DNA from: Lama guanicoe
Taxonomy: Eukaryota
Reading direction: 5' to 3'
DNA length: 64,000 nucleotides
Assembly (NCBI GenBank): GCA_013239625.1
Contig: MU054391.1
Span: forward strand, 5,351,824 to 5,415,823
Of the stretch, positions 11,921 through 26,080 are shown piece by piece. Numbering within the stretch: the first letter of the stretch is position 1; every line of letters begins with the position of its first letter. The position numbers and the translations under genes were made by a program. The notes under the pieces were generated by a model. It was not told the origin of the DNA. It made no database searches and saw only the letters and a program-made list of their open reading frames with translations.

Positions 11921-14699
11921 TAATTAGGAAATAGTGTGGTTAAAAATAGCCAGCAAAATTTGTTCCCCAGAAGGAGAGGTGGTACGTGTGTGTTAGTTTT
12001 TATGAAGTATGCACATGAAGTTTACTTTTGGAAATTAGTGGAAAAATTACTTTTATAGTAAACTCATCATTAAAGGGGTTTGAAGCTATTGTGGCTTTAG
12101 CAAACCATTAAGATTAGGATTAAGTTAAAAAGCTTGATCTTGGGATATCAAGTAAATGTTAAACTACACAGGCAGACAGGGCTCTATAAAATCCTGGAAT
12201 AAAGTTCTAGGGTTTTATGATGGGAATTGAACAGAGAACCCTTTCTGAGAACACATTTCTAGCTCCCAGCTTGGATTATGTGACGTGGTTTACACTCACG
12301 GGAAGAACTTGACAGCACACTAAACTGAGGTGTGTTTCACATTAAGCTCTTTGGCCTTAGAGGCTCTGACCTTTGTGTGGCTGGAGGCTGGAGCCACTAA
12401 CTGGGGCTCCCAGGTGATGCTGCAGTCACCGTGCTTAGTGACTGTGCCCTGAATCTTTACCAGGCACCTCTCAGTGTTTATACAAAGAGCAGGAGATAGA
12501 TTTAATGTGTATTTATTTACAGTTTAATTGGAATGTGTGACTTGAAGGGAAAACATTTTCACACGGTCCTTTGTAAGGCATTGTGAAAAGCATGGCTTAG
12601 ACTGGTTATTTAGGCTTTCTGCAGATAGAAGCTGTTTTTTCACCCGGCGACACGATGGTGCTTGAGTTCATTTGCGTCTCACCAGCATTCAGTGACCACC
12701 TACTGTGACATAGAAGGTAAAAGCATGAGTCACAGAGGCCTGGGTTGAGATGTCACTTTTACCTCTTATTGGTAGCGTGGCCTGTGGCGGGTTTACTTTG
12801 TTTCCCACTCTGCAGATTGTAGGGAGGATCAGATGCAAGAATTCGAGTTAAATGCCTCCTCCGTTTAACATGCAGCCTGTGGTCAGGACTCAGTACAAGG
12901 TGGTAATAGTAATATCATTATTATTAGAGATTCCAGGAACTGTGCCTGTTTTTCATACAAAGAGTAGGAATCCTCCAGGCAAGAGCCTCTGGTCTGAGAA
13001 AGGCTAGTGCTCCCTTTGTTGGGAAGGACGTTTTCCAGTTCCTTTGGTGACTGTGGTGTGGGTGTCACGTTGCTGCTGCTTCTCCTCGAAGGCTCTGGAG
13101 ACACCTGGGGCCGGGGTGGGGCTGCTGGACTGGAGCCGGACTGCAGGGCCAGTTTATTCTGGTCTTCCTCGGCCATTCACTGTGCTCAGTGTGCAGTGTT
13201 CTGTAAAAACAAGCCCTGAACGATTAGTCATACAGTTATTTTTGGTCATTTCTTGAAGTGATGGCAGTTACCTCCTGTAACACACAGTCTCTGAGTCTTT
13301 TTGCACATGTTGCTCAAATATCTCAGCTTCCTGACTTCTCTGTCTGAAAGAGCTCCACTCTTCACTCTCCGTGTGTCCCTCAGTCAGAGAATACTCACTG
13401 AGCGCCTGCGGGAAGCTGGTGGCAGAGCAGGGAACAGAGGACACAGGCGCCCCTGCCTGGCCTGGGGACTTCATCCTCCTCCTGCTTTGCCCCCCAGCTC
13501 ATCACTGTCTGACACTCTGGGCCGTCTCCTGTCTCCACTGAAACGACCCTGGGCACTCTGAGGCAACAGAGACTTTGTTTTGTTTTGTGTGGCTCTGGCT
13601 CCCGGGTGCCCAGAGCAGAGCCTGGGGTATGGCTGGCTCTCAACCAGTCAGTATATTGTTGTGGTTGTTGGGGCTCAGATGCAAGAAGGGTGAGCCCCAC
13701 CTTTGGTTACTGGCTAGTCAGAACTTTAAAAACTAGAATACAGAGGGGGTGATTATTTAAATTTAATAAACAGACAGGAGGGTGGTGTCCTGGGGCCGGG
13801 AAGAAGCTCTGGATTGGGTGCCAGGAGATCTGGTTTGAGGGCCTTGGACCTGCTGCTGGTAAAGTCCTGACTTTGAAGAACTCTTTACATTTATGAGTGA
13901 AAAATTGGATAGGATTCTCTGTGAAGTGTCTTCAGACCCAGACTCCCTACACGTTTGAGACAGGCAGACCTAACCACCTCCTGATGTGCGTGTCTTTTCA
14001 GTAACCCATCTACTACCTAGCAGAACTGTGTGAACGTTTTCATCTTTCAACTGTGTGTAAGGTTTCATCCTGGGTCTAGAATTTTTTTTTACAAAACTGC
14101 AAATGCCTTCAATCCATTAACCGTTAGTACAGGATGCCTTTCTTGCTTTCCTGTCCTTAATGCTCTTGATCTGTATCTTTACATCCAGATCATTTAGCCC
14201 ATGATGGTGCCTCAGTGTGGGAAAGGCTTGTCCCTGGGAAGTTAATGGCTTCCACACAAGCCTGAGTCCAGTGTGTGCGGAAGAGTCATCCTGTGGTATT
14301 TTTAATTGAGAAGGATCTTCTGTCTGACAGCCGTTTGTCTGTTCATGAGTTTTGATGGCACAAGCTGCACGGATCTGGTATTGAGGCAGCAGCTGGAAAT
14401 CTTGATGAGGTTGAACTCTCTGCCCCTCGATTAGGGAGACTGCCTTGCCCTTTTCCAGAGAGGCACCATCTTGGAACGGTTCCAAATCACCGGATGCCCC
14501 AGACAGGGAGTCTTAGATGGTCCACTCTGCACCAGCTGATGGTTTAGCCATTTGCCTGCCTGATAGGATATTGGCCTCATCAACCTCATGACCTCATGTG
14601 CTGCTTCCTGTCCATAGTTTGGCTTTTTGATTTGAGTGCCTCTGTGTGTTTGCTGGCTGCTTCTGTAAGAAGAGTTTTTAAGGGAACGTGCTGCGGTGA

Positions 14700-14915
14700 A
14701 GGCATGTGTGGATGGGCATTGGCGTTGGGGTTCCAGGGTTCAGATCTCACCTCAGCTGCTTACCAGCTCATGTGTCTTTGGTCTTAGAAGCTCGGTCTGG
14801 TTCTCAGCTTCCTCATTCTGAAATTTGGGAGTCACTACTTAAATGAACCTGTGTTCGGAGAGCACGTGGACCAGTGCCAGGCATAGAGCAGGAGTTCAGT
14901 GAGGGGGTGCTGTTA
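14700..14915 (+). mobile_element. MIR
   Basis: ccagggttcagatctcacctcagctgcttaccagc...ctcagcttcctcattctgaaatttggg...cagtgccaggcatagagc. Confidence 0.65.
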
Positions 14916-15529
14916 CTAGTATTTTTTGCCCATTCCAGCAGTTCCTGTCTTGACATGGTCTCTCTCCTCCTTACTGTACACATTGTGTCTCTTAGGTTTA
15001 AAATCTGGTGCTAAACTTGGCTGATTCAGGAAACTGTCACTGTCTGGCCCCATTCCCCACTCCCCTCCACACACCCACTCTTACAACCTTTTATGATGTG
15101 CCCCCAGCTCTTCAACATAATTACGCTCCACTTATCTAGAGGTCAGGCACTTAGCTACCTTTGCCATCTGGAGCACGTCCAGGAACCGGAAGTCAACAGA
15201 AGGAGCCCCGGTTCTGCTGCCCTGGAGTCCAGGCTGGATGGTGGGTGAAAGGGAAGGTGGCTGATAGGGAGGAGGAGCAGCCGGAGGCAGAGAGAATCGA
15301 GCCCAGCAGAGTGGGGCCGTGTAGCGTGGTGGCCAGGGTCCTGCCTCCCGGGCTGACCATCCAGAGTGGTACAAGCGAGGCAGTCTTTGGTGCTCCCAGT
15401 AATCCTGAATATTAAGGCAAAATCGTACTCTGGTCTCTTATTTAAGAAAACAGGACAGTTAAAAAAAAAAAACCTTTGGTATTTTGGTACCATTTTCCCC
15501 CCCAGATAGTCGATTTAATTTTTCAAATA

Positions 15530-15740
15530 TGAGGAAGGTGTTAGACCATAGGCTGTGAGGTCACGGTCCAGGGTGTGAATCTTGTTGATTTCTGCCACCT
15601 ACTTGCTCGTGACCCAGTGAGAGTTAGCTGTTTGAGCCTTAGTTTCTTCACCTGTGAAACCAGGAAAATGCCGCCGAGCTCAGAGGGTCACCAGGAGAAT
15701 CAGTGAGACACTGGCCGCAGGCATCAAATTCGGGCCCTCG
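15530..15740 (+). mobile_element. MIR
   Basis: gtgaatcttg...ctgccacctacttgctcgtgacc...tttgagccttagtttcttcacctgtgaaac. Confidence 0.65.
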
Positions 15741-17914
15741 ATGGGTGTGGGAGTTTGCTCTGTTTCCAGCAGTAACCTCCCCTCCTATCTACCAGTCAGT
15801 TACTTGGTCAGTTTCCTCAGACCATTTGACATGTAGATTGTATGTTTTGGTTAGATTTTAAGTTCTTTGTGGCCCAGGGCCCTGTTCTGATCATGGATTT
15901 TAGTATCTCCAGATTCTTACCAGAGTGGTCACTGCTGCTGTTGTCCACTCTGTCCGGGGCTCAGTATTGTCATTGACTGAGGCTGGCCCTTGCATTCATC
16001 TGTCACCGAGAATTCTCTCCATCCCCAAATCCAGAGGACGGGGTTTGCATTAAATGATGCTGTTCTTTGACTTTCGTAATCTCCCCACCCCATGTGCGTA
16101 GAATCTTAAAACGCCTAGAGTTTAGGTCTGGAAGAAACTTCACTTTAGCATTCCTGTGGACAGCTGTGAGTTCTGTGATGGGCCAGAGGTTGTCACTTGG
16201 CCAAGGCCACATAGCCAGTTAGTGGTGGAGCCAGGCTAGCCCTTGGGTGTCTGCGTAACCCAGGTTTCTTCCCTCTTTACAGCTGTTGGAGCCTAATGCC
16301 TTGTTCTTCAGCTGTGAGGCTTTGGTCTCAAAATTCCATCCTGAGAGGACCTTAAATGTGGTGTGAACTTAGCATGACCTCGGTCTGTACACCAGGGTCT
16401 GTGGCTTAACCCTGTCCCTTCCCCTGCTGTCTGTCTGCCCCGTCTGCCCACGTGTCTCCAAAGTGGGTGGCACAGCTTCCCTCAAATAGCAGTTTTCATT
16501 TCTGTGATGATTGTGGTGTCTGAAGGGTTTCATACTTACAAACTGAACCACATATTTGGACTTTCCTTGGACTCAGATGGGGAGTGATTTGAGGGGATGT
16601 CGTAAGTGTCTGCCACAAACACTCCCCTAGGAGCCTGCCAGGAGTGTCCTTGGGAAGTACCTTGCTGAGAGGGTGTGGATAATTCCAGGGAGGGAAGTGA
16701 CAGGTGTCACAGGGACTGCGTGTGGGGCCTTCACAGGATGGAGCAGCACAGGTGGAGCTGTGGAGCACAGGAGGCGGGAGGCCTCGTGAGGCTGGGGCGG
16801 AGCATCCCGGAGCGTGTGGGATGCAGGCTTGTGTCCTGGCGCTCAGGCGGGAGCCCTGCCGCCGGCCTCCCCACGTTAGCTGAGCTGAGTTGGTTGGGCT
16901 GCTCCTTCAGAGGAGGGTGGGGCCTCCTTGGGGGCCTGCAGGGGATGCCCGAGGACCCCGGTCGGAGAGGGTGGCCCTGGAACCGACTCTGCCAGCCTTC
17001 TGGGTTTTTGTTTGGTCTGGTTCTGCTCAGGGTCTCTGAAAAGTGCGCAGGCAGGTCAAGCTGCACGTGGTGAAGGGAGAGCAGGAGTTGGGGTCTCATC
17101 CGAGTTTACGTCGTTTCCCATCCGTACATTTGTCTTATTTGGAAAGTTTACTTAATCTCTTGAGCCTCAGTCTCACCATCTGCAAGATGAGGGAAGTAAT
17201 ACCTACCCTAACTGCCTGCTAGGGTTGTTAGGAAGCTGCGGTGGTACACATGACCTCCTTGGGGCAGAAACTCCGTGTTCATTCTCAGCATTGAGTATGC
17301 TGCCTGTCACAAAGTGGGCATTTAAGGTTTGTGGAGGAGCATTCTGTAGTCTGTAAGGTATGCTGCACACGTGGTAATTGTTGCTCATAATTCAGCTGGT
17401 GCTGTGTGACCACAGACTTTGTGCTGGCACTGGGGAAGAACAAGAAGTACAAAGCCAGCTTATTGCACCGTCGCCTCTAGGACCCCGGAGCTCTGGCGAC
17501 GCCTGGTGCCACGCACGATCTGGGGATGTCAGACCCGGGGCCCCGTTCAGTGATCGAGGCCTGGGCCTTTAATCAGCTAACGAGCCTTGAAACGCGTCAC
17601 GTGGTTTTCCTTTCCACAGCAGGTATAAAGGGATGTGGGACATGTTGCCTGGCTCCCCAGGAGAACACAGTGTGGTGGGTTTTCGTTTAAACTGAGTCCA
17701 CCAATAGCCATCAGACGCGGTTGAAAGCAGTAAATGCCTAAGAGAGGAACGGGAAGGGGGCTGTGGTGCTCAGGAATCATAAATCAGAGCCAGGATGGAG
17801 GGGCCATCTCTCGACTGCTGAGACATTACATCTCTTCCTGTTAATCTGGCTCATTGACTCAAGCAGTAGCTGCTGGAGGTGAGAGGGGCCATAGAGATGA
17901 ACTTAAATGCAGCT

Positions 17915-18330
17915 GTCATGGATCACCTGCGAGCCAAGCACTGAGCCCAGCATCATAGGGTCAAAAATAGAAATAGAGACGCAGGCCTTACCCTCAAGGA
18001 ACCTGGTATCTAGTGGGGAAGATAGTTTCCACCAATGAACAATAAAACAAGGCAAAGTAAAGCGGGTTTTCTCAAAGAGGTAGGATCGGGGAACTTTGGG
18101 AGCACAGAGGGGACGGGAAGGCCTCACAGAGGAGGTGGCATCTGGGTGGATGCTGAGGGCTCTGGAGGGGAAGGCCCTCCACGCAAAGGAGCAGCCAGAA
18201 CACACGAACACGAGAACCCGCAGCTTCTTCCGGGAAGAGTTGTCTGCTAGGAGCGGAGTGTGGAGGGTTGGTAAAGGGACAGTGAAATTAGAGACAGAAG
18301 GAGGAAGGGGTCAGATCGCAGGGAGCCCTC
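17915..18330 (-). mobile_element. L2 fragment
   Basis: gccttaccctcaaggaacctggtatctagtggggaagatag...gggaaggcctcacagaggaggtggcat. Confidence 0.65.
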
Positions 18331-20520
18331 GCCGTCTCTTTACAGGGCTTTCTTCTGTGAATGGGCATGGGCCCTGTGGTTTCTCACCAGGTCTCTGAGG
18401 TCCTGAGAACTGGGTGAGGTGGAGACCGACTTCCACCTTCTGTGCTCCTGGGGTCACAGGCCCTGGGGACCCTGTCCTCCCAGTGGCGCTGAAGCTCGGG
18501 CTGGGTTGGTTGCTGCAGGGGTCTGGGCACGCAGGATGTGGAGAGACGGAGAGGTTCGCAGCAGAACCACTCATCTCCAGCGTCTGTTCGTATGTTTCAT
18601 GACTGAAGGTAACCTGCGTGTTGTACTTGACTAGAAATGCGATACCTCACCTGATTTTTCGTCTTTCTCCATCCCAGCTGGAGAGTGCTGGGACTCAGTA
18701 CCTGTGGGAGGAGGAGACGGGAACACTGGGGACACCAGCCTTGTTGAATTTGCGGGGGCAGACATCCTGTGGAGTTCTGAAGAGGTGGCCTCACATCATC
18801 TTGTTACAAGCATATTAAGCTAATCTGATGTCAGTGAACACTGGAGGTTAAAGCAGAGGCACTCTGGTTTATATGTTCATGGTCATAGGTAGTTCCAGCT
18901 GGTGCCTTTAGAAATAATGGGATTCGCCCCTCCCAGTTTTACAGAGATGGTGAGACTTGCCCAAGATTATGAAGGGAATTAGGGGCAGAATTGATGTGGG
19001 GACCCTAAACTTCTGCAGGGTTTCTGCATAGTGTCTATACTGGTTTTATATTTAATATTTACAACAATTGTCTAAAAATTTTGAAAAGCCAAGATTTACA
19101 CTTTAATTTTGCATCTCCTGGCAGTGAGGTGATACACCTGGAATGCTCAGGACTCCTGGGAAGAGTGCACTTACTTGTGTGCCGGTTGGTGAGGAGCATG
19201 TTGAGTGTTGAGGGGAACTTCTTAGGAGCTGGCGTTGCTCCAGGGATGGAGCTCTGCGGTGAGGTCGTTTCTAACGTCCTGTTTTGATGAAGGGGTGTGT
19301 GTGGACCTGGATCCGTAGAATGACCATGGCAGGTCTACCGCCTTCTTAATCAACGGCACGTTGACAGGCCAGACAGCTTCGCAGAGACAGGAGGAGGAAA
19401 AGAGCCGTTCTAGGGTCCCTTGGAAAGCAGGTTATCTTGCTACCTTGGCAGCACAATTAATTCATTTAATCAATATTTATTGAGTGTCAACTATGTGTTA
19501 AGCATGGCTTTGGGGTGATCAAGACAAAAATAGAGCACAGCAGCACGGTCACCAAGGTGTGGAAAGCTGGTGTTAGCATGTGTCTGTGCGTGTCCCTCCT
19601 TCGGTTAAATGTCGTTTTGCAGTCGGTTGTAGAAGAAATCAGTGTTCCACACATGACGCCATGTGCTGTTCATGTGGCCCTTAGCGTTACCGCACGTTTT
19701 AGGTGCTTGCTGTATAATGTATTTGAGCTCAGGACTGCAGGGAGATACGAGATGCTGTCCGTGGTAGAGACTTGAAACAAACTTCTTTCTATTTCAAAGC
19801 TTTGAATTAGTTTAAATAAAGAGTATCTTGGGCTGTTTTCAAAAGTAATGTCTTTGACCATCTGTTTCTATTTATACATGCAAATCGGAGTTTTCTCCAT
19901 CTTGTTGTAACTGAAAGAGTACCGACGTGCACGTACAGGCTGCTGGCACCCACGGGGCCCATTTCAAGTGAATGAACACAGCCTCATGGGTTTTGCTGAT
20001 TCTTTTTATGTGATGTTATATGTTTGAACAATTTGTATTCTAGTAAGATATCTTTTAAATCCACTTTATACAGAGGAATTATGTTTCAAAAGCCACTGAC
20101 CAAATGGATGGGGCACTTGGTGACTATCCCTTAGCCATTTGTCCTGCCAGGCCCTGCTTGTTTGACTGTGATCTCCCTGCTGGGGGCTCCTCCGCCTTCT
20201 AATGACGTGCTGCTTTCTTCAGGATATGACTGTGGTTGCCTTCCGTGAGAATTCTTTCCTGGGCGGCCTGCCGCCATGTTGTTTGGTGTAAACTAGAGAA
20301 GACGGGTGTGGCTTCGTTCATTCCTTGTTCATGGAGCATTTGCAGGTGTCAGGCACTGTGCTGGCGGTGGAGATTCGGAGACAAGAAATCAGGGGGTCCT
20401 GACCTGAAGGAGCTGATAGGCCTGGCTTTATTCCCTGGAATAAATAGTCATTTACCTTGAAGAGACTAAGGAAACAGCACATGATGTCAGAAAGAACAAC
20501 AAGCTAAGATAATGTGAAAG

Positions 20521-21102
20521 TTTTTTTTTAAGTTGAAGTACAGTCAGTTTACAAAGTTGTGTCAGTTTCTGGTGTACAGTATAATGTTTCAGTCATACAT
20601 ATACATACATATATTCATTTTCATATTTTTCATTGTAGGTTACTACAAGATACTGAATATTATTCCCTATGCTATACAGAATAAACTTATTTATTTTTAT
20701 TTATTTTATTTTTTAAATTGAAGTATAGTCACAATATGTCAATCTCTAATGTACAGCATAATGTACCAGTTACATATATATATAAAATACATATTTGTTT
20801 TCATATTCTTTTTCATTAAAGGTTATTACAAGATGTTGAATATAGTTCCCTGTGCTATACAAAAGAAATTTGTTTTTTCTCTATTTTTATATATAGCAGT
20901 TAATATTTGCGAATGTTGAACTCACTAATTTATCCCTCCCCACCCCATTTCTCCCCGGTAACCATAAGATTGTTGACTATGTCTGTGAGTCTGCTTCTGT
21001 TTTATAGATGAGTTCATTAGTGTCTTCTTTTTTCTTTTTTTTAGATTTCCACATATGAGTGATATCACATGGTATTTTTCTTTCTCTTTATGATTTACTT
21101 CA
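20521..21102 (-). mobile_element. Young lineage-specific L1 3' UTR with poly(A) (T-run on +) and a duplicated terminal module; runs into a gap
   Basis: ttttttttaagttgaagtacagtc...ttccctatgctatacag, repeated as ttgaagtatagtc...gttccctgtgctatac, then ggtaaccataag...tagatttccacatatgagtgatatcacatggtattt. Confidence 0.9.
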
Positions 21103-21313
21103 NNNNNNNNNNNNNNNNNNNNNNNNNNNNNNNNNNNNNNNNNNNNNNNNNNNNNNNNNNNNNNNNNNNNNNNNNNNNNNNNNNNNNNNNNNNNNNNNNN
21201 NNNNNNNNNNNNNNNNNNNNNNNNNNNNNNNNNNNNNNNNNNNNNNNNNNNNNNNNNNNNNNNNNNNNNNNNNNNNNNNNNNNNNNNNNNNNNNNNNNNN
21301 NNNNNNNNNNNNN
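21103..21313. other. Assembly gap (211 N)
   Basis: Run of N. Confidence 1.
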
Positions 21314-24300
21314 TTTTTTTTTAACTGAAAGAAAATTACAAAGGTGGCATTTTGGTTTTATCATTACCTCTGTGGCCTTGGAAAAATAACTTCACCTTTC
21401 TGAGCCTTCGCCTCTGCTTTGTTACAGTAACATTACCTGTGTTTGAGGCCCACCAGATGTAATATGTGTAAAAGCACATTGTGTTCAAAGTGCTATGCAG
21501 ATGTGAGAGACCTGTCACTACTGGTACCCCCAGTACGACTGCTGATGTTTTCGTGTTTGTATCTTGACCTTCTGTTAAGTTGTACTGACATACAATTTAC
21601 ATTTCTTCCTGTCTATTTTGAGAAGTCCAAGCCAGGGAAATGTGGAATTTTTAGTTAAAAGTCACTTTTTGCCATTACCAAATACTTGTTTTTACATGTG
21701 GAATAGGGTTGATTATTCACAGTATTAATAGCTAGTCATTAATTGATTCTATTGAGACTCTCAGGCAGGAATTCCTGGAAAATTAATCTATGCATCACAT
21801 GTATTTGAGTACAGTTGTCATCCCTCTTTAGGAGAGATAGCTGACATGCAAACTGTCTTAAAGACAGTGGTTTCATAGAATTTTACATCTGGAACTTCCG
21901 AGGAGAAGCGGGGCCACCATATGAGTAGGTGACAGAGCCGGTTGGTGCCCTCTCCCTGCCACCATACTCACCCCTTCATTTGCACAATCCATTGTTCGGG
22001 TCACTGTAATAAGTGTAAACCTTCCTAGAAGCCTGGGCTGTGTGGCTTGAACCAGCAGCACCCGGAGAAGCTGCCTTCTTGTCTGTGCCCTCTTGCAACT
22101 TCCTCGGGTTTCTTGAGGAATAGTAAATAATTTGTATTTTTGCTTTTTTGAGGGATAGTAAATACTCTGCACAGTGGCTTCAAAGCAAGTAGCGTTCTGG
22201 TCTGAGAAACGTAGAATATCTTTACTCATGTCATACACCTTCATCTTCGTCTCTCTCTGCTCCTCTTCACCCTTCAGGCTGAGCGAGCAGCACCATTAAA
22301 TGCAGCATCTGTTTCTAGGACTCTGCATTTGGGGTTCCCGGGGGACTGCAGTGTGCAGCGGGCGTCGTGTCCTGCTGGAGGGACAGATGAGGATGGTCCC
22401 CGGGGTCTGCCTGGCAGCCCCCAGGGTGCAGGCAGGAGGGGGCCTCTCCCTGGGTTGCGGGATCTGGTCCCCTGCTCTCCCTCTTGTTCTGTTAGCTGGG
22501 GTTTTGCATTTCTTTTCTTTGGATGGAGAACAAAGAAAGTAAAACGAATGGTCTGAAGCCCTTCCTTGGGGAGAAATGCTCACATCCCCAGATGCTGAAA
22601 ATAAACAGCCTTTCATGACCCTCGGGTGCTGCCCCGGCCAACCTAGAGCTGATCTGGCCTTTGGCTGTACATCCTGCCATCTTCCGCTGCTCCTCGGTGA
22701 CGGGGACCTGCCCTGCCCTCCCCACCTCTCCCCACATCCAGCCTCACCCTCTCTCTCGTCCGGCCCTGCAACCTGCTCTTCCTGCCGAGCTGCTGGATGC
22801 TTTCCAGAGGCCAGGGCAGTGCTCACCCACGTGGTGTAACTTCCGTTGCCTTAGCAAGTAGATGCTGTTGCCCCATTCTAGGGATGTGGAAGCTGAGGCC
22901 CAGATCCAGTCGTTCGTGTGTGGAGATGTGGGAATGAAAGGCCAGGTCTGTGTCCTAAGCCATAGTCTTTCTCCTCCAGTGGCGCTCTCACGATAAGCTG
23001 GGGTCACAGGGGCAAAGTGGGGTGCAGGTGTGTGGTCTAGGGGAGGAAAATGCCTGGATGGTTCCTGTGCACCTCTGGCCCCCCCAGTTTATCTTTCCCC
23101 TTCCCTGTCACTGCACTACTTGGGTTGCAGAAAAATTAGAGGTTAGTTCCCAGAGATGCAGCCTTGAGGGCTAGGAAGCGTGGATGGAGGACAGGCACCG
23201 TGCAGTGAAGCAGGAGGGGCGCAAGGGACCCAGTTAGTGCGTTGGCCTTATTTCGCTGTCCTTTTCTCATGAAACTCCCTCTGCTGCATCTCAAGGGAGG
23301 CGCTGTGGGCGGCAGTCTCAGCAAGCCTGCTGGGTCCTGCTTCCTCTTGTCTCCCTTCCCCTGTCTCAGCTTCCCTCCTCCCTACTTCCCACTCCACCGC
23401 AGAGCAGGGCGCCGAGTCTGTGGGATGGAAAACAGGAACCGGGAAATGGAAGATCCAGACACGGCAGGACGGCGGTCGTCTGTCTGATCTTCCCCTTGGA
23501 AAGCCCAAGAGTAGGTTGTGTCGCCTGGACAGATGCAGATGGTGGCGGCCCCACCCACCACCTTCGTCCATGCCTCCCTGGGGAAGGGTCTGAAACGCCG
23601 GGCTACTTACACAGGTGGTCTGGGCGGGGGTGCCCGCGCCCCTGGACCGGCTTAGAGGAAGCACAGGGACCAGGGTGTAAGGGAGATGATGTCCTGAACT
23701 TTGGAGGAGGCGGCCGCTGAAGCCCGCTGAGCTCCCCTCCTGCCCCTGGGAGCCAGGCTGCCCTCCACTCCCCTCGCAGCTCCGACCTGGGGCTCCACAC
23801 TCCTCTTCTGAGTGGTAAAGTCAGGGGACGAGTGACCCAGGACACCCCCCTGTCTTTGCTCTGTCATCCGTTTAGTGAGTCAGAGACATACCAGGAAAAG
23901 TTTTGAAGAATTTAAATGTTGATGGGGAAAAATCTGTGGCAGTAGAAGTGAAAGACTGGCGTGAGCTACAAAGATGTTTTTTCTTAGACTTTTTCCTCAT
24001 TATCATGGCCGTTGTCAGATCTGAAAACATGTACGTATCCCGTCGATTGGGACAGTACCGGGGTGGTGGGGTTTCTGACTAGCCGCTGTCCCTGGTGGGA
24101 GGTGCAGGGTAGCCGGAGCCCCTCTGAGGACCAGAGGCACCCTCGTAACGGCTGTGGGGTACTGGGGCCTGCAGTGAGCGCTCCAGGTCCTGTCCACACC
24201 GATGACCTCGTCTGTGAAGCAGGCATTACTGCTCCCAGTTTCCAGGTGAAGAAACCGAAGTCAGGGAGGTGAAGTAATTTTTCTGAAACTGTGCTGCTGG

Positions 24301-25759
24301 TTAGTGGAGCCTGGCCCGGAACCACGTCTGCCTGGTTCTGAAACGAGTGGTTTTCAACTTCCGCACCGTTCTCCAAAAGGACAGCGCTGAGGGCCCAGAG
24401 CTGAGACCGCGTTCTGTTGGGTTCTTTCCTTTCTGGCGTCTTCCTGTAGGGAGCGGAGCTAGAGATGTGGGTGTTAGGAGGGAATTAAGAGACTTGAATG
24501 GAATGATGGGTTCTCCCATTTTCAACGCAGGTACTGCTTAAAGTCTCAGGTCACAGTTACAAGAGGTACTTTTTGAAAGAACACACAGAACACAAATGTG
24601 GTAGCCAGTTGCCAGCAGAAAGGCCTCCGCCGAGGGCCTGTTTGGAGTGGTGGAGCCAGTATGCTGCAAGGGGTGAGGGGAGCGGACAGAGCCCCCCGAG
24701 TGGCTCAGGGTCGTGATGTCTCCAGGCAGACCTAGAGCCCCCGGCAGAGAAGTCTCCCTTGGTTCTCCTCGTCTGCGTGGGGAGCTCGGGAAGAAAACAG
24801 CCATCTCAAGTCCCTGCTCCACTGTTTATGTTACTGAAGTGAAGTTCATGTGGCTTGATCCCTGTTTCCTGGGGAAGTCAGCCTGTCTTGTGACTACATT
24901 GTCTTGTGGGACTGGGACACATGTGGAAGGCTGACCTCGCTCCCGAGTGGAGGTCGCCTTCCCAGCCTCTTCTCCGGCTTCTGCATCGCCTGGCCTGTGG
25001 GTGCCTGGTCCGCTGCGGCGCCCTCACCCCTCCCTCCCGCTTCCTGCAGCGGTGTGTTAGCGTCTTCTGGTATAATGCCCGTTTTGTCTGTGATTATTCT
25101 CCTGAGGTAACCGTGTCCTGCCTCGTGTCTGAGCTTTTTTCAGTCCAGGGAGCAGAGTCAAGTAACGCGCCATGGGATGTGTCAGAGGGACCCAGGCCGG
25201 GCCCTCCTGCCCCTGTGTCTCCCCGGGAACAGGGCACTGGGAAGACTGGGGGTGCCTTTCTTTGCTTCTGCTGGGTTGTAGCTGTTTCGCCAAATTTCGC
25301 CTTTCCCTTTTCGACTCCCCCGGATCTCCCAGAAGCTTCCCTCCCTTCCCCCAATAAAATCAGGATGTAAAAGCATTTTTATAAAGCTGGAGTTCACATC
25401 ATCTGTTTCCGTTTCTCTGAAAGAGTGATCTAGTAAGGCCTGTGTTGGGGGCTGACGTCCCCGGGGAGGGGTCTGAGAAGTGCCCGTGGGTGCTTGGGTC
25501 TTCAACTTTACAAGCCTCAAGGTTCTCTTTTCTTGATGTGGGCATTTGTGCATAGCCTGTGTTCTTTTTCCACTTAAAGGTTTCACGTAGGGTGACCCAG
25601 TTGGCTTCAGTCACAGCGACAACTGTCTGGACTCTGTGTGAGCGCACCGTAGTTTTCGTGGTTACTCTCTAGGTTGGGCATTTGGGGCTCTTTCTCATTT
25701 TTTCTTTGCAATATTTATATCCGTAAACATAAACATAATTAAATCCTTAAACATAATCT

Positions 25760-26080
25760 AATTCTGCCTATTTTTTGAATTTTTGTGGCATTACATTGCA
25801 TACTCACTTTTGCAACTTGCTGCTTTTGCTTATTTAAATGAACATTTTTGTGAAATTTCGTTTGGTGTCCTGAGTAGGTAAAGTTCGTTCGTTTCCATTG
25901 CTGTGTGACATTCTGTTATGTGAATACACAACAGTTCGTCCATTTCACCACCGACAGGAATTTGGGTTTGTCCAGTTTTCAGCTGTTCTGAAGCATGTCG
26001 TAAACATCCTGGTGCGTCTCTTCCGGTGCAGATGGGTGCATGCTGTGAGTAGCGTGGATTTTATTAGGTGATGCAGAGTG
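25760..26080 (-). mobile_element. Old L1ME-like 3' fragment
   Basis: ttcgtttccattgctgtgtgacattctgttatgtgaatacacaac...tttgtccagttttcagct. Confidence 0.6.

Noticed and set aside
20900-21389. ORFs containing long X runs (also at 2836-3279 and 42938-43159)
   Set aside because: Artefacts of translating through N gaps; only the L1 portion near 2900-3005 is real coding-derived sequence.
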